From Octopus sinensis (lineage: Eukaryota): a stretch of DNA of 64,000 nucleotides. Shown piece by piece: positions 1 to 12,430 of this stretch. The stretch covers positions 62,001 to 126,000 of the forward strand of contig NW_021836146.1 in assembly GCF_006345805.1 (NCBI RefSeq), read 5' to 3'. The notes under the pieces are model-generated. The model was not told the DNA's origin, did no database searches, and saw only the letters and a list, made by a program, of their open reading frames with translations. Within the stretch, counting starts at the first letter, position 1. The number at the start of each line of letters is the position of its first letter. Both the position numbers and the translations under genes were made by a program.

Positions 1-139
1 AATACACAGATCTCTCTCTCTGTCCCACTTTCTTTCTCCAGGTCTTATTGATTGTGGTCATATCCAGTCATATATATTACTCTACCTCTGGTATTTGAGT
101 ACTCTTTTTTCCACCTTGTTTCACATTTATAAGTTTACT

Positions 140-146
140 CTGGTAT

Positions 147-210
<64 letters not shown>
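140..210. repeat. (TA)n then (TG)n microsatellite
   Basis: Direct dinucleotide runs; they explain ORF 95..298. Confidence 0.95.
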
Positions 211-617
211 TTCTATCTTCATATTTAGATTTACTTTCATATCACTTCTGTGTATTTTCACTCATCAAAATATTAATGTAACAGCAATTAAAATTTAAAA
301 GAGATGTTGGTAATGCTGTTCACATATACCGAGGATATAAAATCAAAGCACTTACATTTCACTATTCTCTAATTTTCGATTTTTCTTATAAATATTTAAC
401 TAAATTTTTCACTTCCCTTTCATATTTCACTATTTATCTTTTCTCTAAAAGTTAGGAATCAGCACATTCAATAATGTAGTACTGTATACACACAAAAAAA
501 TTAAGATAGTGAACATATGAACACACACACGTAAGTGTGCATGTATGTTGCAGTAACTGGTCCTGAAGTGCAATGGCATTGGTGGGATCTTTGGCACTAT
601 GCAGTGTCGTCCCGTTC

Positions 618-720
618 TATATATATATATAGAATATACATATATATATATATATATAGAATATACGTATATAATATATATATTTAAACATATATATCTA
701 TATGAATGTATAAAACCAAT

Positions 721-764
<44 letters not shown>

Positions 765-975
765 CACACACATATATAAATATATATATACATATATATA
801 TATATACACACAAATATATAGATACACACACATATATATATATACACACACATATATATATATATACATATATAGATACACACACATATACATATATATA
901 TATATATATATAGATACACACACACATATATATATAAATACCATACATACTTCTCCACACACACATACACACATT
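618..975. repeat. Compound (TA)n/(TC)n/(CA)n microsatellite block
   Basis: Direct runs; source of the six overlapping Y/I-rich ORFs at 599-1050. Confidence 0.95.
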
Positions 976-3616
976 TCTGCACACACATTTATATGCATTT
1001 ATACATATTTGCAAACACGCATTTGCATACTTGCTCCCACTCATGCATGATAAAGCTAAAACAAAAGAATTCTCAAGATATATGCATATTACTCAAAAAT
1101 AAGTGTTATAGAGGAAAAATTTTCTTTTAACTCTTCACACACACTCACATACACACTACATCCAATATTTCAAGAGAATACCATTGACTGAATCTTTTAC
1201 ATGACCTGAAGAACAAAGTATACTGCAATCTATTTGATGCACTAGTTTACTTTGAATGTCTACGAATTAATACCACATTGAGATTTCAGCTTTTGGCAAA
1301 TATACTACCACTAAAAGGGTAGATTGAAAAAGTTGCCAGAAATTCTTTATATATTGATGTTAAAGGAGAAATATATGGAATTTCCAGAAATCCGTAGACT
1401 TCTAAAATGGGCTATGGCAATATAGATCTATCGATTCAACAGAAGCTCGCTTTTTACTTAAGATAGGAGAAACCTAATAGCAAGTATAATACAATCAGGA
1501 AATTCTCTAAAATGAAGAATTTGGTATCTTTGACAAACATGAAAGATCATAATTCAGTTGAATCATTTTAGTTTTATTTTTGTATTTTATATCTAAAAAT
1601 CTACCTGCAATGCAATAATGGAGAGAAAAGAACTTATGCAAGTTTAACTCACTTGAAACATTAATTGTTGTCAAGTTTGAAACTAAAAGCTATAATTAAA
1701 TTTCAAATTCTTTATAATTGCTATCTTTAGTGATCACTATTCTCTTTTACACATTTCCCAAACAACTACAGTTTTGAAAAAGTTCTAAATTTGAATTTAT
1801 ATCTAGTCAAATTCTCTTTGCATCTGTCAACTTTTAATACAATCAAGCTTCTTTTCTTTGAATGTGTATCTGTATAAGTGTGTGTATGTGTGTGTGCACG
1901 CATACACACACACAGACAAATACATGTAATATAAGTTATTGCAATTGATGAGTATCACTGAAATATATTCCTTTCTCACTCTGAGAACTATTGTGATTGC
2001 TTAATTCTTCATCATCATCATTATGCAATTATTTCATAACAACCTGAGTTGTCACAATTTATCATCTCTTTCTTGAGGTTCAGCATTGAGATTGTCTTTC
2101 CTCATTTCTTCTCACGTCTATCTCAGAATTTTTTTTTCTCTTTCAAACATTCTTTCCACTTGGAATACTTCTGTATCCAGCTATCACCAGCCATACTTAT
2201 CTGATTCCCATACCCATGTAGTTTTCTTATTCTCTAAAAATGATTTTTCTTACACCCAGTTTTTCTCTCACTTCATATATGATCCATCATTCATGTATAC
2301 TAACATTACAAACTCAAAAGAAACTACTCGCTAAATTTCTTTCCAGCTTTCACATAACCTCAGTATTTAAATAGTCTGTACTTAATTATTTTGTCACATG
2401 CTCTAGCTACTTCAGTTCCTTTATGAATCTATTTTTCTGTCAACAACAAGGTCTACTCTACTCACCAAAACCCTATTACTAACTTAGAAGAATCTGTGCC
2501 TCTCTCCTTTTCCCAAGTGATGCTTGTGTTCCATGCTCATGTGATGCTTGACTGAGGTTGCTCTCCATCTTACCTCTTGTACACAATGCACGCCTACTCA
2601 TTTCTGCTCCAGCATCAAATTTAGAGAAATTATAAATAATCTCTCTAAATTTGCTGTTCTTCAAACAGCAAAAGTTTAGCAACTTTGAAGTTTTGTACAT
2701 GACGAGATGATGGACTTTCCAGTAGTGAATGCATGTCTGTTTCATAAATCAGTTTTTCAGTTATTCTCCATTTGACCACTCAAATAACATGCACAGCACT
2801 AACATGGTAAACATTAGTAATGTGTTTTTAAGTTTTGTGATATCTGCATGATTTTAATGACTTGACGTCTTTCTTAGTATCAACTTTACAGTATGATCTG
2901 AATGTAGTCAATAGTACCATCAACACTAGACAGATTGTTTGTCAAAACTAAGATGTTCCTTTAATACTGTGTCAGTTCTATTCAAGAGTTGCTGATGCCC
3001 CAATGCAGAGTGCCTTATCTATAAAGGGAGTATCTCCTCTAAACAGATTTTTATTGAGAGTTACTGCTTTCCCCTATGATTTACTTTCATAATAACTTGT
3101 AGAGCATATGTATCCTTCAATTAACTATAAATACTAATATTATCCCTCATAACTTAACAAAATCATCAATTGTTTGACTGCCACCTCTCTAAAGAAATTG
3201 CTGTTTGTCATCATTAAAACAAAAACACAATTGTTTATTGGTTTAAAAAAATTACTTTTTAGAGCTTTTAGATATGAAGTGAATAACTTATAAACACAAA
3301 GATAGTCTCCCACTTCCTTTTTTTCCTCATGCAGACAAACACACACACACACGCATGCATGCACACACAAGAATGATTCTGTAAGTGAATCACACTCATG
3401 AAATTTGAATTTTAACTCTGTCTTCAGTTAGAACTATTTAACCATTAGTTAACCATATTTCTTCATCAATGCAAAAAGTCACAATCCCCAATATCATAAT
3501 CCTCCTGCTCTCCCTCCTCATTATTATCGTCCTCTTTGCAGCTGCTTTACATTTTGACATAGATCAGAAGACCCCTTCTCTCTTGTGTCTGCTTTCGCAT
3601 AGTTTCTATACCTGGA

Positions 3617-3758
3617 TATCCTTCTAAATACCAGACACTTTACAGAGTGCAGTAGGTACTTTGTTCATGGCACCACTACAAGTGAGTTTATCCTTCTAAA
3701 TACAAGATATTTTACAAAGTATAGTAGCTACTTTGTTCATGGTACCTCTACAAGTAAG
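3617..3758. repeat. Two-copy tandem duplication, unit about 72 bp
   Basis: TATCCTTCTAAATAC..TACTTTGTTCATGG..CTACAAGT occurs at 3617 and again at 3689 with substitutions. Confidence 0.85.
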
Positions 3759-4557
3759 GTTGCCTTGTAACTAAAGAGCCTTCTTGAGAGAGAGAATACT
3801 GAAGTGAGTGCTTTATGTCGGGTACTGAGAGGATAATATGTGGGAAGAGAAGGGACAAGTTTGTTGTGGAGGAGAATCATGGATACATCATATTTGACAT
3901 AGGAGGGTGAGGGTATGGTGCAACAGCATGCTGGAATAGTGCCACCACTATCATAATTACACTTCTTAAAACATAAATACTTCAATAACATAAGAAGCAA
4001 AACTTAACTGAAACTTGGTTTTTTCTGTGTATTATCAGTAATATTCTGTAATTTCTCAAAATAACATGCTTTCATACAACACAAATAGACTATTAGATAT
4101 GATAGAAACTATATGCCCCCAAAATATGATTAAATTTATACAAGAACTTTCAGACATATTACATATTAATGGAACTCTGACACTTTATTTTCTTCAAATA
4201 CAGATTTATTCTAAGATAAATTGTACAGAAAACTATTTAACTAAACTTCAATATAGTGGATATATTTGTATTGGGATTCTTTTCTACACTGCTTGAAGCA
4301 TTGCAAGATGTTTAAAATGCTGCACAATAGAAGTTCCATTCCAGTACATAAAAAAAAATAACCAGATGTTCAAATCAATTATGAGAAAAATACACTTTCC
4401 ATAATCAGAAAAATTTAAAGTTTATTGATAATATATTGATATCATATTTAATAACTAAAACAATTGCTGACAAATCAACTTAATACTTAAAGTTACTAAT
4501 GAATGTAGGTTATAGGAGTTCTAATTTTGGTACAAGTTCAGATATTTTTTTTTATAG

Positions 4558-4639
4558 ATGATTATTGTCAACTTAGTGATTTGTTATTTTATCAACCACA
4601 AAAAGAAGGAAAAGTCAACCATGGCAGAATTTGTATTCG
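4558..4639 (+). CDS. Candidate internal exon (DYCQLSDLLFYQPQKEGKVNHGRICI), unknown gene
   Basis: Acceptor ttttttttatag, 82 nt with an open frame, donor CG|gtatga. No homology recognised. Confidence 0.25.
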
Positions 4640-6605
4640 GTATGAAGAGGAATACAACCAAATATTGCAAAGTACATAGTTTATGCCCTACTATTTGTCA
4701 TCCAGCACTGAAGACTAAAAAACAAAACCTATTTGTAGATCTTAATACTTAAGATACTGACAAGTAAGATATTTCAGTGCACTAAATCCAACAATAAGTG
4801 CCTGTATCTTAAAATTGGTTTTGGTTAATGCACAGGTTAGTAGAAAAAGAAAAGGATTTTACACACTAGATAAAAGAACTCACAAAATTTTAAATAACTT
4901 CAAGACCTTATATTAAAGGAAATAGTTGTTTAAAGCTCTCAAAATAATATGTAGCTCTGAATGCAAGCACTGAAGTTGCAAACTACATGATGTGTGTGTT
5001 TTTATTGCATGCTTGTATGCAACCATGTAGGCATAATGTCTGATGTTTTGGGTATATTACAAAGACCTTGAAGAGAAAACTGATTTTGTAACTAAAAGGA
5101 AAAAAAAAGAAAATATGATATTCACTTTACTGAAGAACACAATATATTAAGGATAAAATAAACAAAAAATATCAATAATTTTAAGATAACCAAGAACCTA
5201 TGTAAATAATCAACTCTCAAATTGCCTCTAAATAATATATGACATTAATGTATCTACTACAATCTACTTTGGAATTTAGTAATGTACAAATATTTTTACA
5301 GTAATATTTCACAATATACAACAACAGAAATAATAGGACTGTTAAACAAAATATCCTTGATCAAAGCTTAATATCAAGCATTTAATTAATAATATATATT
5401 GCAACACACTACAACTACTGAGTCTAGAACAAATTCTAAACCCCTTTGGAGACAACTAGTTCCAAATCTTCTGTTGCTGTATCCTCCTTAGGGATTACAA
5501 TGTTAAATGCTAAACTGATACCAGTAAAGCATGTATAATGGATATAACCGACATGTAAACAATCTGTATGAAGGAGTATACACGCATGTTTCTATCACAC
5601 TAAATCTAAATGAGATCCACTTAGGTTAAAATTGTAACTCTGTCTCTACAAGTTATAAATCCCAAAATTGTTTCTGAAAAATTACTAAAAGCATTTCCAT
5701 CAGAACCATGTTATTTCACTATAATAATAGCATCAATATCAATGATTGCAAACTTGGAAATAACAATAAGATTCAGCAAATGCTTACAGCAGCAAAATAA
5801 ACACAAGATCATAGTTGTGTACATCTAATTTATTCGCATGCACCAAATAATTAATCAAGAATTACAAAGACAAAGCTTTCAGAAAATAATCAAAAGTTAA
5901 CATCATTCATCTAACTTTATCTTAATTTTGTAGTATATTATGATAATATAAATTTGTATAATTCAAAAATACAATTTAAAAATTACTATAAATTTTTGAA
6001 ATTTCTATGCTTATTGCAAGAGGTAACTTTTATTATTATTTTTAGAGTATTTAGAAACTGCTACTTTGAACAAATTCTAATACGTAAGTGAGATGTGGTC
6101 ACATTTTTGAAACTAAGCCAATCAGCAATTTGGTGTAGTGCCAAGCACTCATAGCTAGATCTGCTCAAATCTAGCCTATGTTAGCTAACAATCTCAGTAT
6201 TAAGTCCAATCAAAATATATATGCCAAGAACAAATTGAAATTTAATGCTGATTAATCAAGCATACAATTCATTGGAAATAGTTCAATGACTACTACAAGA
6301 AAACCATCTGCAATATATAAAGCTAAATTATCAGATTCACAATGAGAGACCTATGTATTCAAGTAATGATGGACTAGATACACTTACAATACATATCCTA
6401 TAGAGATCCAAAAACAAAAATGTCATATTGACAAAGTATATATGACTACAAAAAGTACATATCTACAATAGTTACCATAGTCATACCGAAAGAGGTTTAT
6501 TTCAGAAAAACATACCAATCTCAAAAATTGACATAGTTTTATAAGCTACTGTTATAAACAGATATTTGAAAAGCACATAATCATATGTAAGTTACACAAA
6601 TTTAA

Positions 6606-6837
6606 CCCTTTAGCATTAAGAATTTAACCCTTTCTGGCCACACCTGGCCCAAATATTCTACTTGTTTTAGCTTCAAACCAACCAGATACAGCCTTTCACA
6701 CATAACCTACAATGTCATTCTAAATATGAACATTCATCTCATCAAAATAATGAAGCTTCAAGATAATGCATTATTAATTAAAAACAATATGAATAAATAA
6801 GCATTAAACTTGACAGAGAAATAAGAATACTAAAGGG
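6606..6837. mobile_element. piggyBac-type MITE (about 232 bp)
   Basis: TTAA|CCCTTTAG ... CTAAAGGG|TTAA: TIRs plus TTAA target duplication. Partial relatives lie near 32680-32780 and 54460-54487. Confidence 0.8.
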
Positions 6838-7427
6838 TTAAATATACAAATAATGTACAAGACAGTTCTCCACAGTAAACTATCTTTCTAGAAATAACTG
6901 CCAAATCTCCCTCAAATCATATCTTCCTGTCTTAAACAAGAAAAGACAGAGAAAATGGTTACAGCTAGAATGCCTTTAATCATGTTTGTTTAATCAAGGT
7001 TCAGGGCTAAAACCCAACAACACAATACATAAAACAGACATATTCAAGATTAAAGACTAAACAAGTTAGTAATTCCATAAAAAGACATATTTTTCAATAA
7101 CATCAAGTAACTATTCTACATAGCTATTATAAGTAGTAATCATCAGTCTAAGTGATAACAGAAAATGTGCAATAATATCAATGCATTTAAGACTTTTACC
7201 TGCTCTATTTACCAAGTCTATTATGATACTATATTTATATAGATCAACAAATGTTCAATTGTCTTGAAATGATGCCATATAAATTGTAGCGGAGCCATCC
7301 AACAATAACTTAATAAAAGAATATAACAAAAGATTATTTGTCATTACAAAAACGTTATATCCTTGAGCAAAGCTGATCATACTGATTGCTTTATTTTGCC
7401 TGACTTAAAAAATTAATAAATGAAATG

Positions 7428-7800
7428 AAACAAGAATACTCAGGGAGTGCAAACCTCTGCCAAGGCAACACCAACATCCTCTCAACAATTAGCCAAAGAG
7501 GATTTTTAAAATGAGAACATCTGAAATAAACTCGATGGCTCTCACAAATGAGAATACTAAAAATGATCCCAACCACTCTCAAAACTTGAGTAAAAAAAAC
7601 TGGAAAAATAATCCAGAAACCTCGTCTAGTACCAGATCAATCCCAAAATTTAATCAGTTCATACCAGTCATGAGGCCAAACATCCCTCAAAATATCATCT
7701 GAATCTGTCCAGTGGTTCTTGAGATATCTTGTCCATGGACAAAAAACAAACACAACTGAAAATAATACCTATGCCATCGCTAAGGTGGAGGTAATAATAA
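7428..7800 (-). mobile_element. Helentron/HINE-like non-autonomous element
   Basis: On the minus strand it starts TTATTATTACCTCCACC and ends CCTTGGCAGAGGTTTGCACTCCCTGAGTATTCTTGTT. This resembles the subterminal inverted repeats and 3' stem-loop of Helentron-associated elements (recalled pattern). Confidence 0.55.
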
Positions 7801-8579
7801 CAATAAAAAAAACAGATGTCATTATGTCATAGGCAGGTGGTTAGTGACAGTGAGGTGAAGAATGCAGCTGTAGAAACAATTACCCAAACACAAAAGAAGA
7901 AGCAAGCAATGGTATGTATAACAGTGGTTTTGGATAAGCAAACAAAACCTCACTAACAATGACATCATTATTACATAAATACCATATGTCTGAAAAATAC
8001 CCTCATTGCACAATGTCCTAGAAAGATGAAATACAATATTTGCCCAACAAAAATATCACATATGCAAAAAATAATACCTTCTAAACAAAGAGACATGATA
8101 TGCTTGACAACGGATTCAAATACACTTGCAAATTGCCCCTTTGTAATAAGTGCACAATTAATGCAATTACCCACTAGTTCATTCTTTAAAGTACGATAAG
8201 AGATAGTTCTGACAGCATAATTGTAACAAATGTTCACAATACTACTATTACTTTATAAAAATATGGCATTGTAAAGATGTGTGTGTGTGCGTCACGAGAT
8301 ATCAGAAGTAATTACAAGCAAACCAACTTAAGAAAATACATGGTTTCAAAAACTTATCATAACTTGGAATTAAGAATTAGTCTGACTGAAAACAATACCA
8401 ATTTCTAGTGTTAAGCATTAAATTCCCGACTTGAACTAAATTATTATTCACAGAAAACAAGACAAAGAATACACACATATCTATTTGTACAATGCGATGA
8501 AGGAAAAATAGAGAATACATCTGACATAAATTGCAAGGATAATTATCTAAATTCTGGGTTTTTGAAGATTGAACAACCA

Positions 8580-9050
8580 ATATTATATGATCAAAGAGAT
8601 CTTTTTATAAAAATAGATCCATGGTAGAGCATCAGAAAGAAATAGTAGAAAGAGAATGAAAAAGACCAAAATCAAGTGATATAGTTTAAAATAATACATA
8701 GTTGTAGAAAGAGATATAAGGAGAAAAACAGATTGACTAAAAGAGAAGAGAGAGATAGAGAAATGGACCGGGGAAAGAGAGATACTGTGCATGTATGAGA
8801 TACGATAATACATAGTGAAAGCAAAACAGAAAGAATGCAAATTAATAAGAGTGATATAAGGAATTGATGTGGGGCAAAGCAAGGAAAAACTAGCTGTTAC
8901 AGAATGGAACTGCAGAAAGGAAAAGAAAGGAAAGAAATGAGAAAGAGAAACTGATAGATAACGAAATGGAGACAGTGACAAAAAAAGATCAACAAATTGA
9001 AGGAAAGCAAAGAAGTAATAATAGAAAGCTTTGGAGGCTGAGAGCTTTAC
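8580..9050. repeat. GA-rich low-complexity purine tract
   Basis: Degenerate GA/GAAA repeats; they explain ORF 8583..9059 (F/L/S-rich). Confidence 0.8.
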
Positions 9051-9578
9051 ATCTCTCAATATGCATGTCTACCTTTCAAATTGTGCATCGTTTTGAAAGT
9101 AATGTGAGAAACTTCAGAAACCTGCTGATCACAAAATACTGCAGGAAACAACTCTAGTGATGAGAGAAAGGTAAAAGGTGAAATTTACACCAAATTCACC
9201 TATTAATATGAGAGCGTGCAGTTAGTTCCGAAGGAGTGTTGGTTTCAGTATTGATTCCTATATTTTTCTACAGATACTACTACAGCGAATGCAATTCTGG
9301 TTATATCTGCTATGAGCGAATGTGCAGAAGCCAGATGAAACCTATATGTATTCAATTAAATGCAAATATGTGTTGTCAATAAAAGAGAAAAACCTGTGTA
9401 ACTGCAAGTGGTTGAAATCAAGTTGTGTATAAACATACAAAGTTAACAGATTCACATGTATGCTATTATCTGTGTATATATGTATAAACAGCTGAACAGT
9501 TATAATGATTTTATGAATATAAAAATGAACAAGTGTTTTGTGTGTGTGTATATGTATGTATGTATATATCTATATATA

Positions 9579-9616
<38 letters not shown>

Positions 9617-10184
9617 TAAAAGAAATAATCTCATTACACTATATCCATTCTATTCAAAAAATAAGGCAATAAATTCCTTAAAATCACAACAAATGCCAGT
9701 TCTCCAAAATATTTAATGTTCTTTCATAATAGCATATCTATAAAACTGCCAAAATTCTATTCAACGTTTCTGAGTTTCTAGAGAGAGAGTAATGTTATTT
9801 ATATCAGAGTAATACCCTAATATATGGAACTGCAATATACACACAAGGATCCTATAGACATTTGAAAATGAAAATATCATCTGGAAAGTTTGTTGACAAA
9901 GAATCAACAACAGACATATATTTCCTCTCTCTGTTTCAATATATCATGTCTACAACAGTTTCTGCTCTTTTCTGAGCAAAAATCAGAAAACAACAATGTT
10001 CCATATTCACCCAAGTCTATCCAAAACGCCTATCAATAATCCTGACACTTTAGTGCTACTGAGTCTGTCCTCAACAGTGTTGCACTAAATACTTTTCTTG
10101 ATAGTTCTGTATACTTTAAGAAATCCCTTCTCTCTCTTCTGCTATGTTTTTACTTCATGCAGGTGAACATTACATTTCTAACAG

Positions 10185-10445
10185 ATCATCATCATTGTTC
10201 GACCGTGGTCGAGACAATGGAATTTACCATGCTACGCCATACTTCACGGTCCAACATGGCATTACGGAGGTCCTGTTGCTGGATGCCTGTATCCCTGGAG
10301 ATTACATCAGGGTAGGAGAGTGTGCACCCTCTGGTATCGTGAGTAGACGGCTTCCAGAGGAGAAGAGTAGAAATTACCTCTTTTTCAGCTCTACAACAAT
10401 GTCCAGATCATAATTGCTTCTTCTCTGGCCACTCTTCACATGGTC
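10185..10445 (-). mobile_element. RTE-clade LINE, 3' end
   Basis: Minus frame reads SGHCCRAEKEVISTLLLWKPSTHDTRGCTLSYPDVISRDTGIQQQDLRNAMLDREVWRSMVNSIVSTTVEQ* and runs directly into a (TGA)n tail. Confidence 0.8.
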
Positions 10446-10495
10446 TCCACATTCAATACTTTAGTTAAACTCCAAGGGTCCCCACTAAGTTTGGG

Positions 10496-11398
10496 AAGAC
10501 AAAGGCGATGGTGAGCAGGGTGGAAAGAGACGTGTTAGTGAGTAAGGTGGATTCATGTGGTGTATGTGGGAGGAGGGTAAAGGAAAATGCGGTGTTGTGT
10601 ACGAGATGTAAGAAATGGATTCATGGTAGGTGTACAAAAATGAAGTAGGTGATCCCAAGACTGGCGAGAGAGTTTGTTTGTGGAAGATGTGACAAAGAAG
10701 CTGGAGGGCTGGCGGAGCCAGTAGAAATGCTATGTGACGAAGTGGAAATGGTGAGAGAGTTTTGTTATTTAGGAGACAGGGGGAATGTAAGTGGTAGATG
10801 TGAAGCAGCTGTGACGGCAGGAGCGAGACTTGGCTGGGTGAAGTTCAGGAAATGTAGAGTGTTGTTATATGGGAAAAGGTTCCCATTAAAGATGAAAGGA
10901 GTGGGGTCTATAAGAGTGTGTGAGAGCCGCAATGCTGTATGGGAGAGAGAGAGAGACATTGTGTCTGATGGGGGAGAGAGAGATGGCAATTTTGAGAAGG
11001 ACTGAGAGAGCAATGGTGAGAGAAATGTGTGGGGTGAAGCTGTTTGATAAGAGAAGGAATGAGGATTTGATGGAAATGCTGGAGTTGGAGGAATGGTTGG
11101 CAAGGGCAAATGAAGTGAGGTGGTATGGGCATGTGTTGAGGAGGGATGAAGGGCATGTTCTGAGGAGGGTGATTGTCTTTAAGGTAAATGGCATGCAAAA
11201 GATGAGGTAGACCAAGGAAAAGGTGGTGGGGACAGATGGAGGAGAAAATTGGGAGGGCTGGTTTGAAAAGAGGAGGACATCCAAAACCAGGCAAGATGTT
11301 GAGATAGTGTGAGGAAGGTTGCTATGGTTTTGAAGTAGATCTGGCCACCCCCATTAACAGGGACAAAACCCGGATTTAAACTCATGGATGATGATGAT
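10496..11398 (+). mobile_element. 5'-truncated RTE-clade LINE (decayed C-terminal ORF2)
   Basis: Frameshifted peptides EFCYLGD..AAVTAGARLGWVKFRKC..LLYGKRFPLKMKG, AMLYG.E, ILRRTERAMVREMCGVKL and RWYGHVLRR, followed by a (GAT)n tail. Confidence 0.92.
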
Positions 11399-11474
11399 AG
11401 TACATAACCTTTCTCTACATATGTATGTCACCATCATCATTTAACATCCACTTTCAAATTTATAATATTGAAAT

Positions 11475-11532
11475 ATCATGCTGATGAGTAGAAGTAAATT
11501 TTACAATTCTAATCCCGAAACGCATACATGAT
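11475..11532 (+). ncRNA. Minimal type I hammerhead ribozyme motif (Penelope/retrozyme-like), probably decayed
   Basis: ATCATG-CTGATGA-[G TAGAA GTAA..TTAC..TTCTA..C]-GAAA-CGCATA-CATGAT. The CUGAUGA and GAAA cores are canonical and stem I is 6 bp. Stem III reads ACGCAT instead of the palindromic ACGCGT. Confidence 0.7.
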
Positions 11533-11797
11533 TAATCAAATGACTGGTTATTTTCGTTATTTTTTCTTCTTGTTTGCCTATGTGAGTTACAAGTATTGCT
11601 GTCTGTGGAGTTATATTTGTAGTTAAACGAATTAGTCGGTCTTGACTGCTATTTCTAAATTTTCGGTAGGTGGTGAAGCAACTTTTTGCTAACCCTAAAT
11701 TATATTTATATCTATCTATCTATATATATATATATACACACACACACATACATATACATACACATACATATATACATATACATACATATACATAAAA

Positions 11798-12246
11798 GTT
11801 TAAAATACATTTATTTACATATATACCAAATTAGTTTCAATAATATTTTTTGTTCATCAATGGTAAAAGTGTAGAATTAGAAAAAAACATCTTTAAATGT
11901 TTCAATGTTGACAAATTAAAATGTTTCAATGGTGATAAATTAACATGTTCAAAACAGAAGGTGTAAGTTTGAATGTTCATAGCAGTCAATAAAATTAAAA
12001 CTGTCTATCAATTTGTTATATATATATATAACAAATTGATATACAGTTTTAATTTTGACTGCTATGAATATTCAAACTTACACCTTCTGTTTTGAACATC
12101 TTAACTTATCAACATTGAAACATTTTAATTTCTCAACATTGAAACATTAAAGATGTTTTTTCTAATTCTAAACTTTTACTACTGATAAACAAAAAATATT
12201 GTTGAAACTAATTTGGTATATATATGTAAATAGATGTATTGTAAAC
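11798..12246. repeat. Long near-perfect palindrome (foldback), arms about 220 bp, (TA)n centre
   Basis: Left arm ...CAGAAGGTGTAAGTTTGAATGTTCATAGCAGTCAA is mirrored by TTGACTGCTATGAATATTCAAACTTACACCTTCTG. TA arrays flank both sides. Confidence 0.92.
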
Positions 12247-12295
12247 ATTTACGAGTTTGTGAAATTTAGGTGCATTTTCAACAACACATTTTCCT

Positions 12296-12410
<115 letters not shown>

Positions 12411-12430
12411 TACACACACACACAAATATA

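Noticed and set aside
599-1050. Six overlapping ORFs of 96-114 aa
   Set aside because: They are translations of TA/CA microsatellites (YIYI, HTHT), which lack stops by construction.
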